Shown: positions 1-11,424 of the stretch, piece after piece
Layout: every line of letters begins with the position of its first letter
Position numbering within the stretch: position 1 is the stretch's first letter
DNA from: Iphione sp. A-MEVVRFRX5
Taxonomy: Eukaryota
NCBI GenBank assembly: GCA_976226885.1
Contig: OZ320321.1
Location: 52,390,001 to 52,454,000 of the forward strand
DNA: 64,000 nucleotides
Reading direction: 5' to 3'
The notes under the pieces: model-generated
The model's database searches: none
Told to the model about the DNA's origin: nothing
What the model saw: only the letters and a program-made list of their open reading frames with translations
Program-made: the position numbers and the translations under genes

Positions 1-350
1 GACTGTCGATGGCGCCATGTCAGCAACATGATACACCTGTTGTCTGTGAATCGAGGATCCGCGTTAAAAGACTTATATCTATACACTGTACAATTAGAAC
101 TCTCTCTCTCTTACCACTACGTTTCACGGTCATATTCGTCATAGCACGTATGCACAATTATATTCGTAATGAACACAAAATCGTATGTACGAAATTGCAT
201 TCATAATGTATGCAAAATACAATGTCCACCAAATGACCATAACACAATGTCTACGTGTCTGCCAAACTCATGGTTCACATGTACGTGAAACTCAATGTCC
301 GCAATATGATGTCCGCGAAACCGGAATGTCCGCAATATAACACTACTGTG

Positions 351-1637
351 TTACACTAACTCTTCGAGCCATTGGGCCATCTGGCCTTCCGGTTCCCGGA
401 AATTCATTAGCCAACGGAGGCTCCCGTGGTCAGTGCGAACTACTACCTTCCGACCACTGACATAGGTCTTAAATTTCTGGAGGGCAAAAATAACGGCTAG
501 CAGTTCTTTCCTGGTTATGCAATACTGGCGCTCTGGTCTGGTGAGGGTGCGGCTGGCATACATCAGCACTCGCTCCTTGCTGTCCTGCTCCTGGGAGAGG
601 ACGGCACCAATCCCCTCCCCCAAAACGTCCGTGTCCACAATTAAATGTCCTTCCGGCTGGGGGTACCCGAGGATGGGGGCGGAGGTCAAGCACCGCTTGA
701 GGTCTTCGAAGGCGGCTCCTTCCTCCTCTCCCCATCAGAACTCTGCTCCCTTGTCGAGCAGCCAGTGAAGGGGGGCGGCCCGTCGAGCGAAATTCCAAAT
801 AAATGAGCGATAATAAGATGCTAACCCCAGGAAAGCGCGGAGGCCGGCCAAGGCCTCTGGGACTGGGCACTCAGCCATGGCCCTCACCTTCTCGGGGTCC
901 GGCCAGACCCCACCCGCACTGACGATGTGGCCTAGGTACTGTACTTGTTCTCAAAGAAGTTGGCACTTACTGGGTTTGACTTTCAGTCCCGTGGTCTCCA
1001 GCCACTTGAGCACCTTCGCCAAGTGGTCGCACATCTCCCCCACCATTTTGGCCATGATGATGACATCATCCAGGTACACGAGGCAGGAATCTCCGACCAG
1101 TCCACGCAGGACGACATCTGTCAACGGTTCGAAAGTGCAAGGAGTGTTGCAGAGACCAAATGGCATAACACGGAAGTGGTAAAGTCCGGAGGGGGTGCAT
1201 ACCGCTGTCTTCGGATGGTCCTCTGCCCAGACCGCCACCTGCCAATACCCGGACGCAAGGTCAATCACTGTGAAATATTTGGCACCGGCCAACGCATCCA
1301 GGGTATGGTCTACCGGTTGTAGAGGGTAGGCATCCTTGCGGGTGCGCTCTTTGAGTTGTCAGAAATCAATGCAGAACCTCCACTCTCCATTCTGTTTCTT
1401 GACCAGCACCACCGGCGAGGCCCAGGGGCTGCTAGAAGGTTCCAACACCCCTTATCACACTATCTTCTGAATTTCTGCCTCTGCAATCCGCATCTTATGT
1501 GGCGGGAGCCTCCGAAAGCGCTGCCATATGAGGGCGGCCTCCCCCATGTAAATTTCATGCTCCACAAGGGAAGTGCGACCCATATCAGTGGCCCCTCTCT
1601 GGAAGGCACGGCGGTGACTCCACAATACCTCCTTCAA
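351..1637 (-). pseudogene. pol: Frameshifted Gypsy RT-RNase H remnant
   Basis: ORF-track pieces 1455-1637, 951-1292 (YLDD) and 351-689 are consecutive RT/RH segments in different frames. Confidence 0.93.
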
Positions 1638-2249
1638 TCACTGACATTCCTCCGGCGTACACTCCAAGGGTAATTCAGTCATCAATCCCTCCACCAGTCG
1701 CATGTAGGATGACTCCTCCACCCGAGAATGTCTGGTCCTCCGCTTCTGAATTCTCCTGGCCCTCCTGTGCTTCAAGTTCCTGCTCAAGCTCCTCCGCCTC
1801 CGCCACCTGAGTCCCCCTCCGCAGCCAAACCTTACCCTCTGCCACATTCAGGCAGAGGAGCTGGGCCTTCCCCTTGTCCACGTTGGCCACCACATGGGGT
1901 ACCCGGACTCCAGCTCTATACTCCAGCGCGGGGACTGGTCCCACCACCTATTCACCTTCCTGGGCCTGACCAATGGTTACTGACACAAGGGTCTCAGCTC
2001 GGGCCTTCAGGCAGGTATCCTCTGCCAAATGTACTCGCTCCGTCCGCACCCCGCAATTCCTGATGGTTATCGTTCCGGTGGCTGTATCCACTACAGCCCT
2101 CCTCCAGCGAAGGGCGTCCATCCCCAGGATGGCAGCACGCTCCACCTCAGCGACCAGAGCTCCCATCGTCCATGGCATTTTCCCGAGGAACACGGTTACC
2201 TCGGTCCTCCCCGCACAGGGAAAGGGGATTCCATTAGCTGCTATGATTC

Positions 2250-3802
2250 TGTTAGATCAACGACTCCCTCAAAAATCAATACCATCATAGAAAGGCGAAT
2301 TCTGTCTTACCTAAGCTTTTCGTGCCGACTTGGCACTTGGTGTACACCCATCCCAGCCTTTCCCATTCCGGAAATACCAACGTTCCTTTCAAAAAGACAG
2401 TTAGCAATGCCCAACATTTCGTGACGCAACTCGAAGCAATGTAAAACAGCCATGAGTAATTCCTCTCTTTCGCAACCCACACAGGGTAGTTACCAGATCA
2501 AAAGAGAGTTCTACCTCATAATAACTCAACCTGATAGGGGTCCGACAGGTGAAGGATGTTTTCCCTTTTTGTAATTCCACTTCTGGGTGTCCAGCATGTT
2601 CAGCTAAATTCCTGTCTTTATGGCTCTGCTCTGAATTCCTCCCCTGAATGAGCTAGACCCGGATCTCGGCCTTTTCAAAGGGCCTGGAATCCTACCTCAT
2701 CACCTGTCCAATTATCTTTCCTAGCAGCTGACAAGCGTTATGGCCCTGAGTACAGACTTTATGAGAATTCTGGTACACTTTTAGCTTAAACTGACGTTTA
2801 TGACCCTCATCAGTCTTGGTCAGCAGATTGTGCAATTCCTGAGGTCCCCGTTTGTCTTCACCTGGAATCCCTTTGATCTTTAGGATTTCATCATGGGGTA
2901 CTTATGTATGTGAGCCAATCAGAGCAGTTCTCTCCCCCAACCGTCCAATCGGAATGGCTCCTTTTCAGCCAATGGGAAGGAAGACTCTAAAACTAGGGAA
3001 GTATATAGGGAGGCTGCACAGCTTCCTAAAATATCAATATCAATATCGAGATCTAGCTCCCACTAAGACTCTCTCAAGAGCTCTCTTTCTTAAGGCCTCC
3101 AGACTCAGACAGGTAGGAAGAAGAGAGAGACTGAAACCCAGAGGCTTAATGATATAGTCTCCAACACCTTTCGAATGGCTGAGACCAGGCCAGAGCCCTG
3201 CTGGAGGAATCATCTATCCTCCGGCCTGTCGCTGACTGCTGTCCAGTCGAAAGAACTCCGGTCTAAGAAGGACTCCAACCCTGCGGCTTAGGACTCGACT
3301 CCACATGGCTCTGGTCTGCCTCGTAAGTCCCGACCCTACCTTACTGTAAGCTCCTATTGCCACGCGTCTGCCATCTTAGGCTTTATTGTCAGAGGGGGAA
3401 ATAAGAGTATCATCCCACTGATGTACTCGGAATAAAGCATGATAAAGCCTACACTCGGGATCCTCGTTTTCCTGTTCTACCTTTTACATTATCTTGTGTG
3501 GCTGACGATCATAAGCCCCTTTGAAAACAAGATAGAACAACACGGGACAGGTGTATCTACTTCAACCTTTATTAATCCCTGATGGAAGAAAGAAAGCATC
3601 AGATTCAAGACTAAACGAAAGAGGACTGGAGACCGCCCTGAACTGCTGAAGAACACAGAAACAGGATTCGAGAAGAAAACCCTGAGGTAGAAGGTGCTTT
3701 ATTTCACATTGCCCACCCAATCGATCCCTGAGGAAAGTGACATCCTCCAGAAAAAAAAAAATCCAGAAGACCTCCCTCACCAGGGGAGGCAGGAACGTCA
3801 CA
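2250..3802 (+). mobile_element. Long solo LTR A (1553 bp) inserted in the Gypsy protease, 4-bp TSD ATTC
   Basis: Termini are TGTTAGATC...ACGTCACA, flanked by ATTC at 2246-2249 and 3803-3806. Removing it restores protease GRRIIAANG. CCAAT at 2915, 2945 and 2969, TATA at 3002 and AATAAA at 3431. Confidence 0.92.
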
Positions 3803-4725
3803 ATTCGTCGTCCGGGTAGGGCTGTTACGGGCAGGCGGAGGGCCTCCGCCGTCCTCACCTTGAGGATAGTAGTAGAAGCCACCGTATCGACAAGCCAGGT
3901 TACCTCATGTCCTTCAATCTTCCCCCGGATGCTCAACACCCCAGTCTGGGGGTCCGCCCGCCCTTTCAGGACGATGAGAGCCCCTTCTTGTTCTTTGGTC
4001 GGCTCCATGGCTGCCCTTTGTTGGAGCCAGTCTTCGAGCTGCTCCTTGGGGATGGACTCCTCCACCGCCTCCCCCAGTCCCCTTACTGGGAGGGCGGCAC
4101 GTCGTTTTCCGCCGGCTTCAGACGCGAAGGGCAGTCTCGCTTGAAGTGGCCCTCCTTCCCGCATCAGAAGCAGCCATTGTGACCTCCGCGAGGAGGACTC
4201 CGCTCCAGTCGTTCCTCCAGCTGGTCTAACTTTTTGGCGAGGCCGCTAAGAAGGTCCTCTTTGTGCTTAGCATTGGTTGCTGCCTCTGGGGCACCTTTGC
4301 ACCAAGGGCCTTCCCAACTGGTTCTCTCTCCCTCCGGCCCTGGAAATATGCTTCCCCAAACAGGGCCTCCGACACCGCCACCCGGAAGTTGGCCACCCTC
4401 CGCTGAACCACCCACTTCCTCACCTTTTCATCTGCAATAGCCTGGATGAAGCTCTCCTTACATAACTCGTCGGCCCAAAGTTCTTGTACTCCCGGGTACG
4501 CTCGCTTCACCAAGTTCTCCACATTATCTGCCATTTGGGATAAGTCGGTCTCCCCTTGCTTGTGGGTCTTCAATTGTTGTTTGTATAAGTCCATCTGATC
4601 TGGTGACCGGAAGCGGCTGTGGAGGGCCTCCACCAACTTCTGGTAGGCGTGGGGGTCATGGACCCGCACACTGGAGTTCCACATGGTTGTTCTCGCCGGA
4701 CCATGGAGACTGATTCCGAGATGAA

Positions 4726-5015
4726 GAAATCTATTCATTATCATGGGCTCAGCCTTTGGAATGGTCTTGATCCGATGATCAGATCAATCAATAGTATGGA
4801 CATTTTTCGACAACTATCCAGGTTTATTAATTAGATAGCACTTGCACTTTAATAGCAGACTGATCACTATTACTCTCACCAAACTGTATAATTATTGCTA
4901 TTGAATACTGTATGTCCTACACCTTTTTGTACTTGTGCAACCATCCACCCTACAATAACGTCTCAATGAGACAAAGTGAGGATGAAATAAATTATTTCTT
5001 ATCTTATCTTATCTT
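4726..5015 (+). mobile_element. 5'-truncated CR1/L2-type LINE 3' end with (TCTTA)n tail, 5-bp TSD ATGAA
   Basis: Encodes KKSIHYHGLSLWNGLDPMIRSINSMDIFRQLSRFIN*, closely similar to the C-terminus of ORF 48327-49130. ATGAA occurs at 4721-4725 and 5016-5020. Confidence 0.9.
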
Positions 5016-5562
5016 ATGAATGGCCTTTTCCTTACTATTCCACCTATTGGCAGCAGCAATGAGGCCGAAGTGGTGAAGGTAATCGTCAAGGTCCATCGAG
5101 CCGTCGTAGGGTTCAGGTTTAGCTATGGTTTTCCGAGGCCGCTCCTCCGGATCCTCTCTTGTCTCCTCCTCCTCCTCCTCCTCCTCCTCTTCTGACTCTT
5201 CAATGGGGTCATCCCCTCTGAGTGGCTCCTCTTCCCCCCGGGCTGGCTGCTCCCCCCCTGTACCGGGGGCCTCCGCCTCCTCGGGGTCCTCCGCAGGGTT
5301 GGACCCTCCCGAGCCTTCCTCTCCGCGTCCTGGGGGAGATACTTGTTCCCCCTCCGTGCCTTTTCCCCCCCCTAGCCTCAACTGGGTGCAAACTGGGTGT
5401 GGCCTCCCAGTGGGCAGTTGTGCGGTCTCCCCCTGTTTGGCGTCCTCCGCAGTGGTACTGCGGGTGACCCTCCGCGTCCCTGTTTCAGCGGTCTGCTTTT
5501 GCGGAGGGGGCGTCTGTTCCCGTTCAGGGCCTCGAGTTGTCGGCCCTGAGGTTCCCCTCCGC

Positions 5563-5580
5563 ATTCCACTTCTGACACCA
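5563..5580 (-). promoter_or_regulatory. Primer-binding site complementary to the 3' end of tRNA-Leu(CAA)
   Basis: The minus strand reads TGGTGTCAGAAGTGGAAT one base after the LTR end, one mismatch from the recalled tRNA-Leu(CAA) 3' end ATCCCACTTCTGACACCA. Confidence 0.85.
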
Positions 5581-5581
5581 A

Positions 5582-5784
5582 TGTTGGCTTCCGCCATAAT
5601 AAAGATGACATGTGTTGAAGGAGATGATGTTTATTGCTGAAGAGCACACACACAACTGACAACGAGATCGCGAAACAGCGTCTTTTTATAGTAAATGTCA
5701 TCCCTCCGCAATACTCCCTCTGCATCCTCCGCCCCTCCGCTTTGTTACCCTCCGCATCCCCAACCGTCGATACAATATAAAACA
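5582..5784 (-). repeat. 5' LTR of the decayed Gypsy element (~203 bp)
   Basis: TGTT...AACA termini, minus-strand TATAAAA (~5684-5690) and AATAAA (~5630-5635), adjacent to the PBS. Confidence 0.75.
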
Positions 5785-8700
5785 TCTTTGAAAAAGTCTC
5801 AAGGGTGACCAGGCGATCAACATGCTTACCTAAATGATTTGCTATGATAGCGAACTTCTCAGGCTGATAAAGATTATATGGGTCAGCCTGATTATGACAA
5901 AATGTACGACACAAACTCAGTCACTGGATTGTCGCTCACCTCTTGCTCTCAGATGACTGTGAGAAATATGCACTAAAGCAACTTCTCACCAGAGTTATAT
6001 CCCTGCAAATATGATGTGTTACGGGCAGAGCATGATGTTTGGTGCTCAAAGTTTAATAACCTGATGGACAGTATATCCTCATTATAGTTTAGGCTAAAGC
6101 CTAGGTTTAGTAACACTGCTGCTTGTAGGGGCCATTGAGTACAAGACTTAGGGACAATGAGTGCAACTCCTGATGCCACTGTTACATGCACTTTGAGGTC
6201 AATGAGTGCAATTTGATGACCTCATGGAAAGTTCCACTACTGTGTTACTGTATTGTGATTAGCTGGTAGGAGACCACCTCATCTCCCTTAAAAGGTATTA
6301 GAGCTGTGATTGGCTACTGAGAGATCACCCCATAGCTTCTTACTTTGTATCTCTTCCTGAAATATGTATGCTCATCGGTGGAAAACATTCTTTTAACATG
6401 ATACATTGTTGCAACTGACAGAACTGTGTCCTGATTGGTCCAATAGGGGAGCTAGGCCTCTGATTGGTTAATTAGTGCTTAGAGAGGCTATATCAACACT
6501 GGTTTTATAAGGAAATAAACAGTTTGGAACCAGCAGCTTTGGTGTTCACAGCAACGTTATTGGTCTACTTTACAATACAGGGTATTCACGCTGATGGAAA
6601 TAATGATGCAGTGCATGAAGTGTTCCCAATGTTGCACCTGTATCTACACGAGAATGACATAATTGATGGGTATCGCCGGGTACACATGAGGTGCAATAGG
6701 TGCAGGCAAGTATATTCCCCAAAGTTCTGTCAGGAATTAAGTCGTGAAACAACGCTTCTCTTTATCAAAAACATAAACCATGCAAAATGTCCATATTCAT
6801 AAAAGAGAACATTCGTTCTTTGTGTATCGGTGACCACAGGGTATTGCAAATTCATCATTCTGAGTGTAAATCATGGTTACTAATATTACAGTGCTCTACA
6901 TCATGAGGACAACAATTTAGCATGCGTAATTCTCAATGGACTGAGTGCTGCAGGAGTGAGGCAGCTAGGAAGGTGTTCCCAGCTTCCACAAAACTGGTAC
7001 AAAACCAGCAAGAAAACCCGTTATAAAGTAATAGAATCCTAATTCCTGATGAAGTCTTAAGCCCATCGAGTTGGATTGATTGTGGGGAGAAATCGATTGT
7101 TCAGTGTGGTATTGATAAATTGTTTAACTCGGGCTTACAACTAATGCATAATGCATGTAGCATGCTTCAAGGTATATTCACAAGGAAGAACTTAGTGGAT
7201 AATTAACTGGAACAAATCCGTTACAAGAAATTATTAAGTGCTATTGTATCCGTTGCCATGTCGATGTCACCCTCCCTCAGCCCCTGCACTCTCGCAGGTA
7301 ATAAGTACGCATCCTCATTCTAAAACTTGCGGACTAAGGGATGTTTTCCAACTTTACATGTCCTCAATTTTTGAAAAAAAATGGAGGAGGTTTTCGAAAA
7401 CCACCTGCTGTTTTTCAAGGATATCCTCCATCTTTCATGACAATCTTTATCAGGAGAGACTTTGATATATTCGTCACCTGCTTTTGTCGTCAAGGCTACT
7501 GGCTACTTCTAAAGGAAGAAAAAACTACACTAAGGTGAATAGGTATCCAGTACTTGCATTTGGAAACGTCAGCATCTCATTTAATAAGGGTGTTTTTTAT
7601 AACCAAATGTCGGCATTTTGTACAAAAAGGGGTGCTTTTTACTGGCACAAATTCAGCTAAAAGTGGTATTTTTGATTGTTGAGAACTTGTATTTAAGTGT
7701 GTGTTACTGATATCAATGAAATGAGAAGCCTACTTGCTTCGTGATTTAGATTTGCATTGGTTAGTAGATTCTTGCTCTAAAGGACATCTATCGAGAGCTA
7801 TGGATATAAGCAACTAATTGGCCGGTCTATATTTGTAAAAAGTAATGCTTCCCTAGACTTGATCTTCACTAATAGCCACCTTTTTCTTAATGTAAATTTA
7901 CTACCACCTAACCATGACTGTCACCCACAAAATGGCATGTTTAGCCTGGTATTCAAGAGTCTAGTGTTGCTACCTACTTTAGTAAAGATATATTCATCTC
8001 CCAGCCTTCATCTGCATCCCAGACTGTCCTGTTGGAGTCATCAATCGTCAATATTACACGTTAATTCTCCTTGGTGTTTCAGCGCGACCTCACACTTTCC
8101 CCCTGTTCCAGAATGGAGGTGTGAAGTAATCAAATGGTTTATGACATTTTGTCTTTTATTCTAGGTGTTACGTATTAATAGTGTAATGTAGTTCAATAAA
8201 TGATGAAGTTAACACCAGAATTTTTTTTCAGACTGTTTATAATACTTTGTGTCTCTCTAGGTAAAGGTATCCATACAGCTTAATGTCTAGACAAGCCGAT
8301 GCTTTCCCCGCATTTTTTCGTATATCTTATGCCGAGTCTGGCTTCTAATATGTATCTCATGAAAAGAATAAAAACCAACAATCAAACATGGCACTGCATT
8401 GTGTGATACAAAGAAGAAATAAAAGAATGGAAGCAAATCAATAACGACATCTCTTGCCATTTAAGTAAAGTTGGTTGATCTCTCTATCAATCGGGGATCC
8501 ATGCTTTTTCAGGAGACGTCTCTACCAGTCCTTGGCTTTGAAAGGTAACACAATTATTCCTGCATTAAATAACACGCTAATTACTGCACTTGATGACTCC
8601 TTCAAATTTTAAGCTGTGGGGAAAACAGACTATAAGGCTTTCATCACATTACAGCTCATTAATCGCATGGGAAGTTATTACTTCTAGTTTCAGTCCAAGA

Positions 8701-10138
8701 TATGATTGTGACCCCGATGAGACTTCAGATGTAAGCGTTAAAGACTACCGTTAATTCTCGCACTCTATAAAGTTTGACTGTGTTTCCTGTTAATTTGCTA
8801 ACGGTTCAGGGTGCACTACAGTAATCTTAAAACATATTTGTCATGTAACTACATATATGTTGGAGACGTGTTGCACAGGTGTTTCCGTATTGATCAAACC
8901 ATTTAGTAGCATAAGGCACATGGCAATATGGCTCAGTCTAACAGCTATTTGATGAATTACGAACTTACATAAGAGATAAACCAGAGTGTGCATTTTAGCA
9001 AAGGGGTTCAGGAAGAATGTGACACGAGTATTAGCCAATTTGTTATGAAAAGTACGGCCTTTAAGGTACACGGCGAAAACCTTTGTAGTAAACGGAACTG
9101 TGGGAGAGATCCGGCAGGATATCCCCATCAAAGTACCTAAATCCTGTTTCAAAAGGGTCTATGGGTGCGTTTTAGTCCTGCACTGCTTTAGAATTTATCA
9201 TGTTTGGCACTGGTATATATGATTATGAAGCCACTACTAAAAATTACAATGTAATACACAATACCTCTCTAAGTAAAATGGTTACAAAGACAAACCTTCG
9301 AAAGATTCTCCTCCTCTGGTTGTTCGTTTGCAGTTTAAGACTGTATGCAAATATATTTCACTCCAAAAATACCAGTACGCTTCCTTGACTGGCAAAATCT
9401 TCTTGATACAAGCCGGAAGCCTGAATTGTTAAATTGTAGCCAGCATTACCGAGACCGCCACCTGTCGGCTGTTTCACAGCTTTGAATGGCATTTCATTAC
9501 TTTGAATGTCACTAACTGCATCATAATTGTGGTGTATGATGTCTTTTTGTTTCCACCCGCAAGAAAAGAATGGTTTGTTACTACACTGTCCCCTGAAATC
9601 CATATATTGTAACTAAAATAACACACTGAAAACGTATTCAGTCGTGTGTGCAGAAATGTATGAGTCCGTTTGAAGGCATGTCACATTCAACTCCCGATTT
9701 GACAATGTTCGTGACAAGAGTGGGCCCGTGCTATCATGAAGGGTGCCCATGAGGGTGTATTTAAGTAAATATTGTATCGCTGCTCATTTGAAACGTCGCC
9801 AAGGTTATCATAACACAGACGTCTATAAGTGACGCGTAGAGAAGGCTAGACGTTAGATCACCACAATTTGTTACTGTGTATGTGACAATGTGCATCACAA
9901 TATGCGTGTTTCTGTTCGTGGTCCCTCTTGCTCCATTCTCGCTCTTTTCGCTTTGTTTTTTACATCCCAAATTTGAACGTGCCAAGTGTTTTAACAACGC
10001 AGTACGACATTAAAGACAGAACTGGCATTGTAGGGGAGAACAGGGCTGGTTGGTATAACATATATCTTTTTCAAATTACACCTGTTCCTTTCTTTCTATC
10101 TGGAATTCTAGCGCCAAAAAAATATTGGGTGATAGTAG

Positions 10139-10395
10139 TGTTGGGCCTAGCATAGTTGCTGGATTGTTACTCCAGCTGAAGTCTAGTGGAGTATAGTGAG
10201 TTACTCCCCCAGGGTTTGCCGGAGGTTGCCGGAGTTTCTGCCCTGCAGCACAGGATAACTTTGGCTATATAAGGGACTGCACTGGAGGGGTTTGTTGCCT
10301 TTTCCTGTTTGAACTCTCATGGAATAAACCTCATTCAAATCTGCTCCATCCTTCAGACTGATATTGTTTCACTCATTCAGAAACCTATCACAACA
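10139..10395 (+). mobile_element. Probable short solo LTR
   Basis: TGTTG...CAACA termini with internal TATATAA and AATAAA. No matching TSD was found. Confidence 0.45.
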
Positions 10396-11268
10396 TCCAA
10401 GATATTAATGGATATTTGTAAAATATTGTTCATTTGCTTGGAGGCTACAGCTCTCCCTGACAATCCCGGGTAAACATGCAGAAGGAATCAGGACGTGGTA
10501 AGATATCTCTCTCTAGCAACTGGAGGCCCTATACATAGAGGTTAACAACCCGTATATATGCCATATAAGGGATTTATATGGATATTGGTGGGGAACCGTT
10601 GAGATGGATTCCAGTAACCCTATCAACATCAACAACATGCTTAGCTACCCTGATGATGTCTCATGTAAATGGAATGTATTGTGTACCAACCGCCACTTTG
10701 CTTTGAAAATCTTTTCTTTGTGAAGTAATAAAGCCAAAAATTGTGTGTAAACCCCCCAATTTTTGTGTTTGTTACGTTCCTTCAATATATACATGTATCT
10801 CAAGGAAACTGTGCTTTAAAATGGCATACTACATAAATGGTGCCTTCTTCTTTAAACTATGTGAATGTGGTACCTTTAATCCCTCAAGCAGACATTTAAA
10901 GAAAGAGTTCAAAATCTTTATTTGTTTGACATCATAGGCTTTCGGCTTTGGTTATGATATATTACAACAGCACATTGAAATCTTTATTGTTTCTTCCACT
11001 CCGCCTGAATTTCAATGCATAGGTTACGACTCTTCAAAGCAGATTTCATACGAACTACATCGTTACTCTACACATAGCCTGGTAACTGGAGAATACTATT
11101 AGAACAAAATTATGTATCAGGTAAATTAATCTAGACCATATTTTATATGTCTGCCAAGTAAACTACATCCTAATATATTGAAATCGCCAAATCCCTGAGT
11201 GAATTTGCACACAAGAGTTAAATTTGCACTACTCTTTAAGCTGCACACGATGCCAGTTACCCGTCCGT

Positions 11269-11424
11269 TTATGGCCTACGTTTGATCCACGCTGCAATCC
11301 TTTCGTCATTGTTAACTCTGTCCATCATTGCTGCAATCTTTTTGAACTTCTGCCGATCGATAAAAATGCCCATCTCCTCCGTGCTAGGAACTTCGGCAAC
11401 GAACTTGATATCTGCCCAGGTTAT
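11269..11424 (-). CDS. gst: GST last coding exon (ITWAD...IAAWIKRRP*)
   Basis: Acceptor ttccttcggcag. Contains the GST C-terminal N-capping motif TWAD. Confidence 0.92.
   Translation of the reverse strand: MTWADIKFVAEVPSTEEMGIFIDRQKFKKIAAMMDRVNNDERIAAWIKRRP

Larger units (their letters stand above)
4083..5597 (-). pseudogene. gag: Gypsy gag remnant interrupted by a LINE 3' end
   Basis: ORFs 5004-5597, 4226-4744 and 4164-4415 join into one gag ending at TAA 4083-4085. KEKAIH/LGISL is split by the insertion. Confidence 0.9.
355..5784 (-). mobile_element. Decayed Ty3/Gypsy LTR retrotransposon (5' LTR, PBS, gag, PR, RT, RNase H; truncated before integrase; carries two nested insertions)
   Basis: Minus-strand fragments encode gag (KPEPYDGSMDLDDYLHHF...ANRW), a CCHC knuckle with an in-frame TGA at 4164-4166, protease LVDTVAS, RT (IDLASGYWQV, MPFGLCN, YLDD) and RNase H (DTD...GIGAVL). 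There are several frameshifts. The fragments are collinear with the element at 60-64 kb. Confidence 0.95.

Noticed and set aside
6524-6802. ORF with a signal-peptide-like N-terminus after reverse CCAAT boxes
   Set aside because: It starts at TTG rather than ATG, has no recognisable domain and no splice support.
7046-7080. CTGATGA hammerhead-like core (also near 5637, 36709 and minus-strand 38793-38799)
   Set aside because: None has stem II followed by GAAA together with compatible stems I and III.
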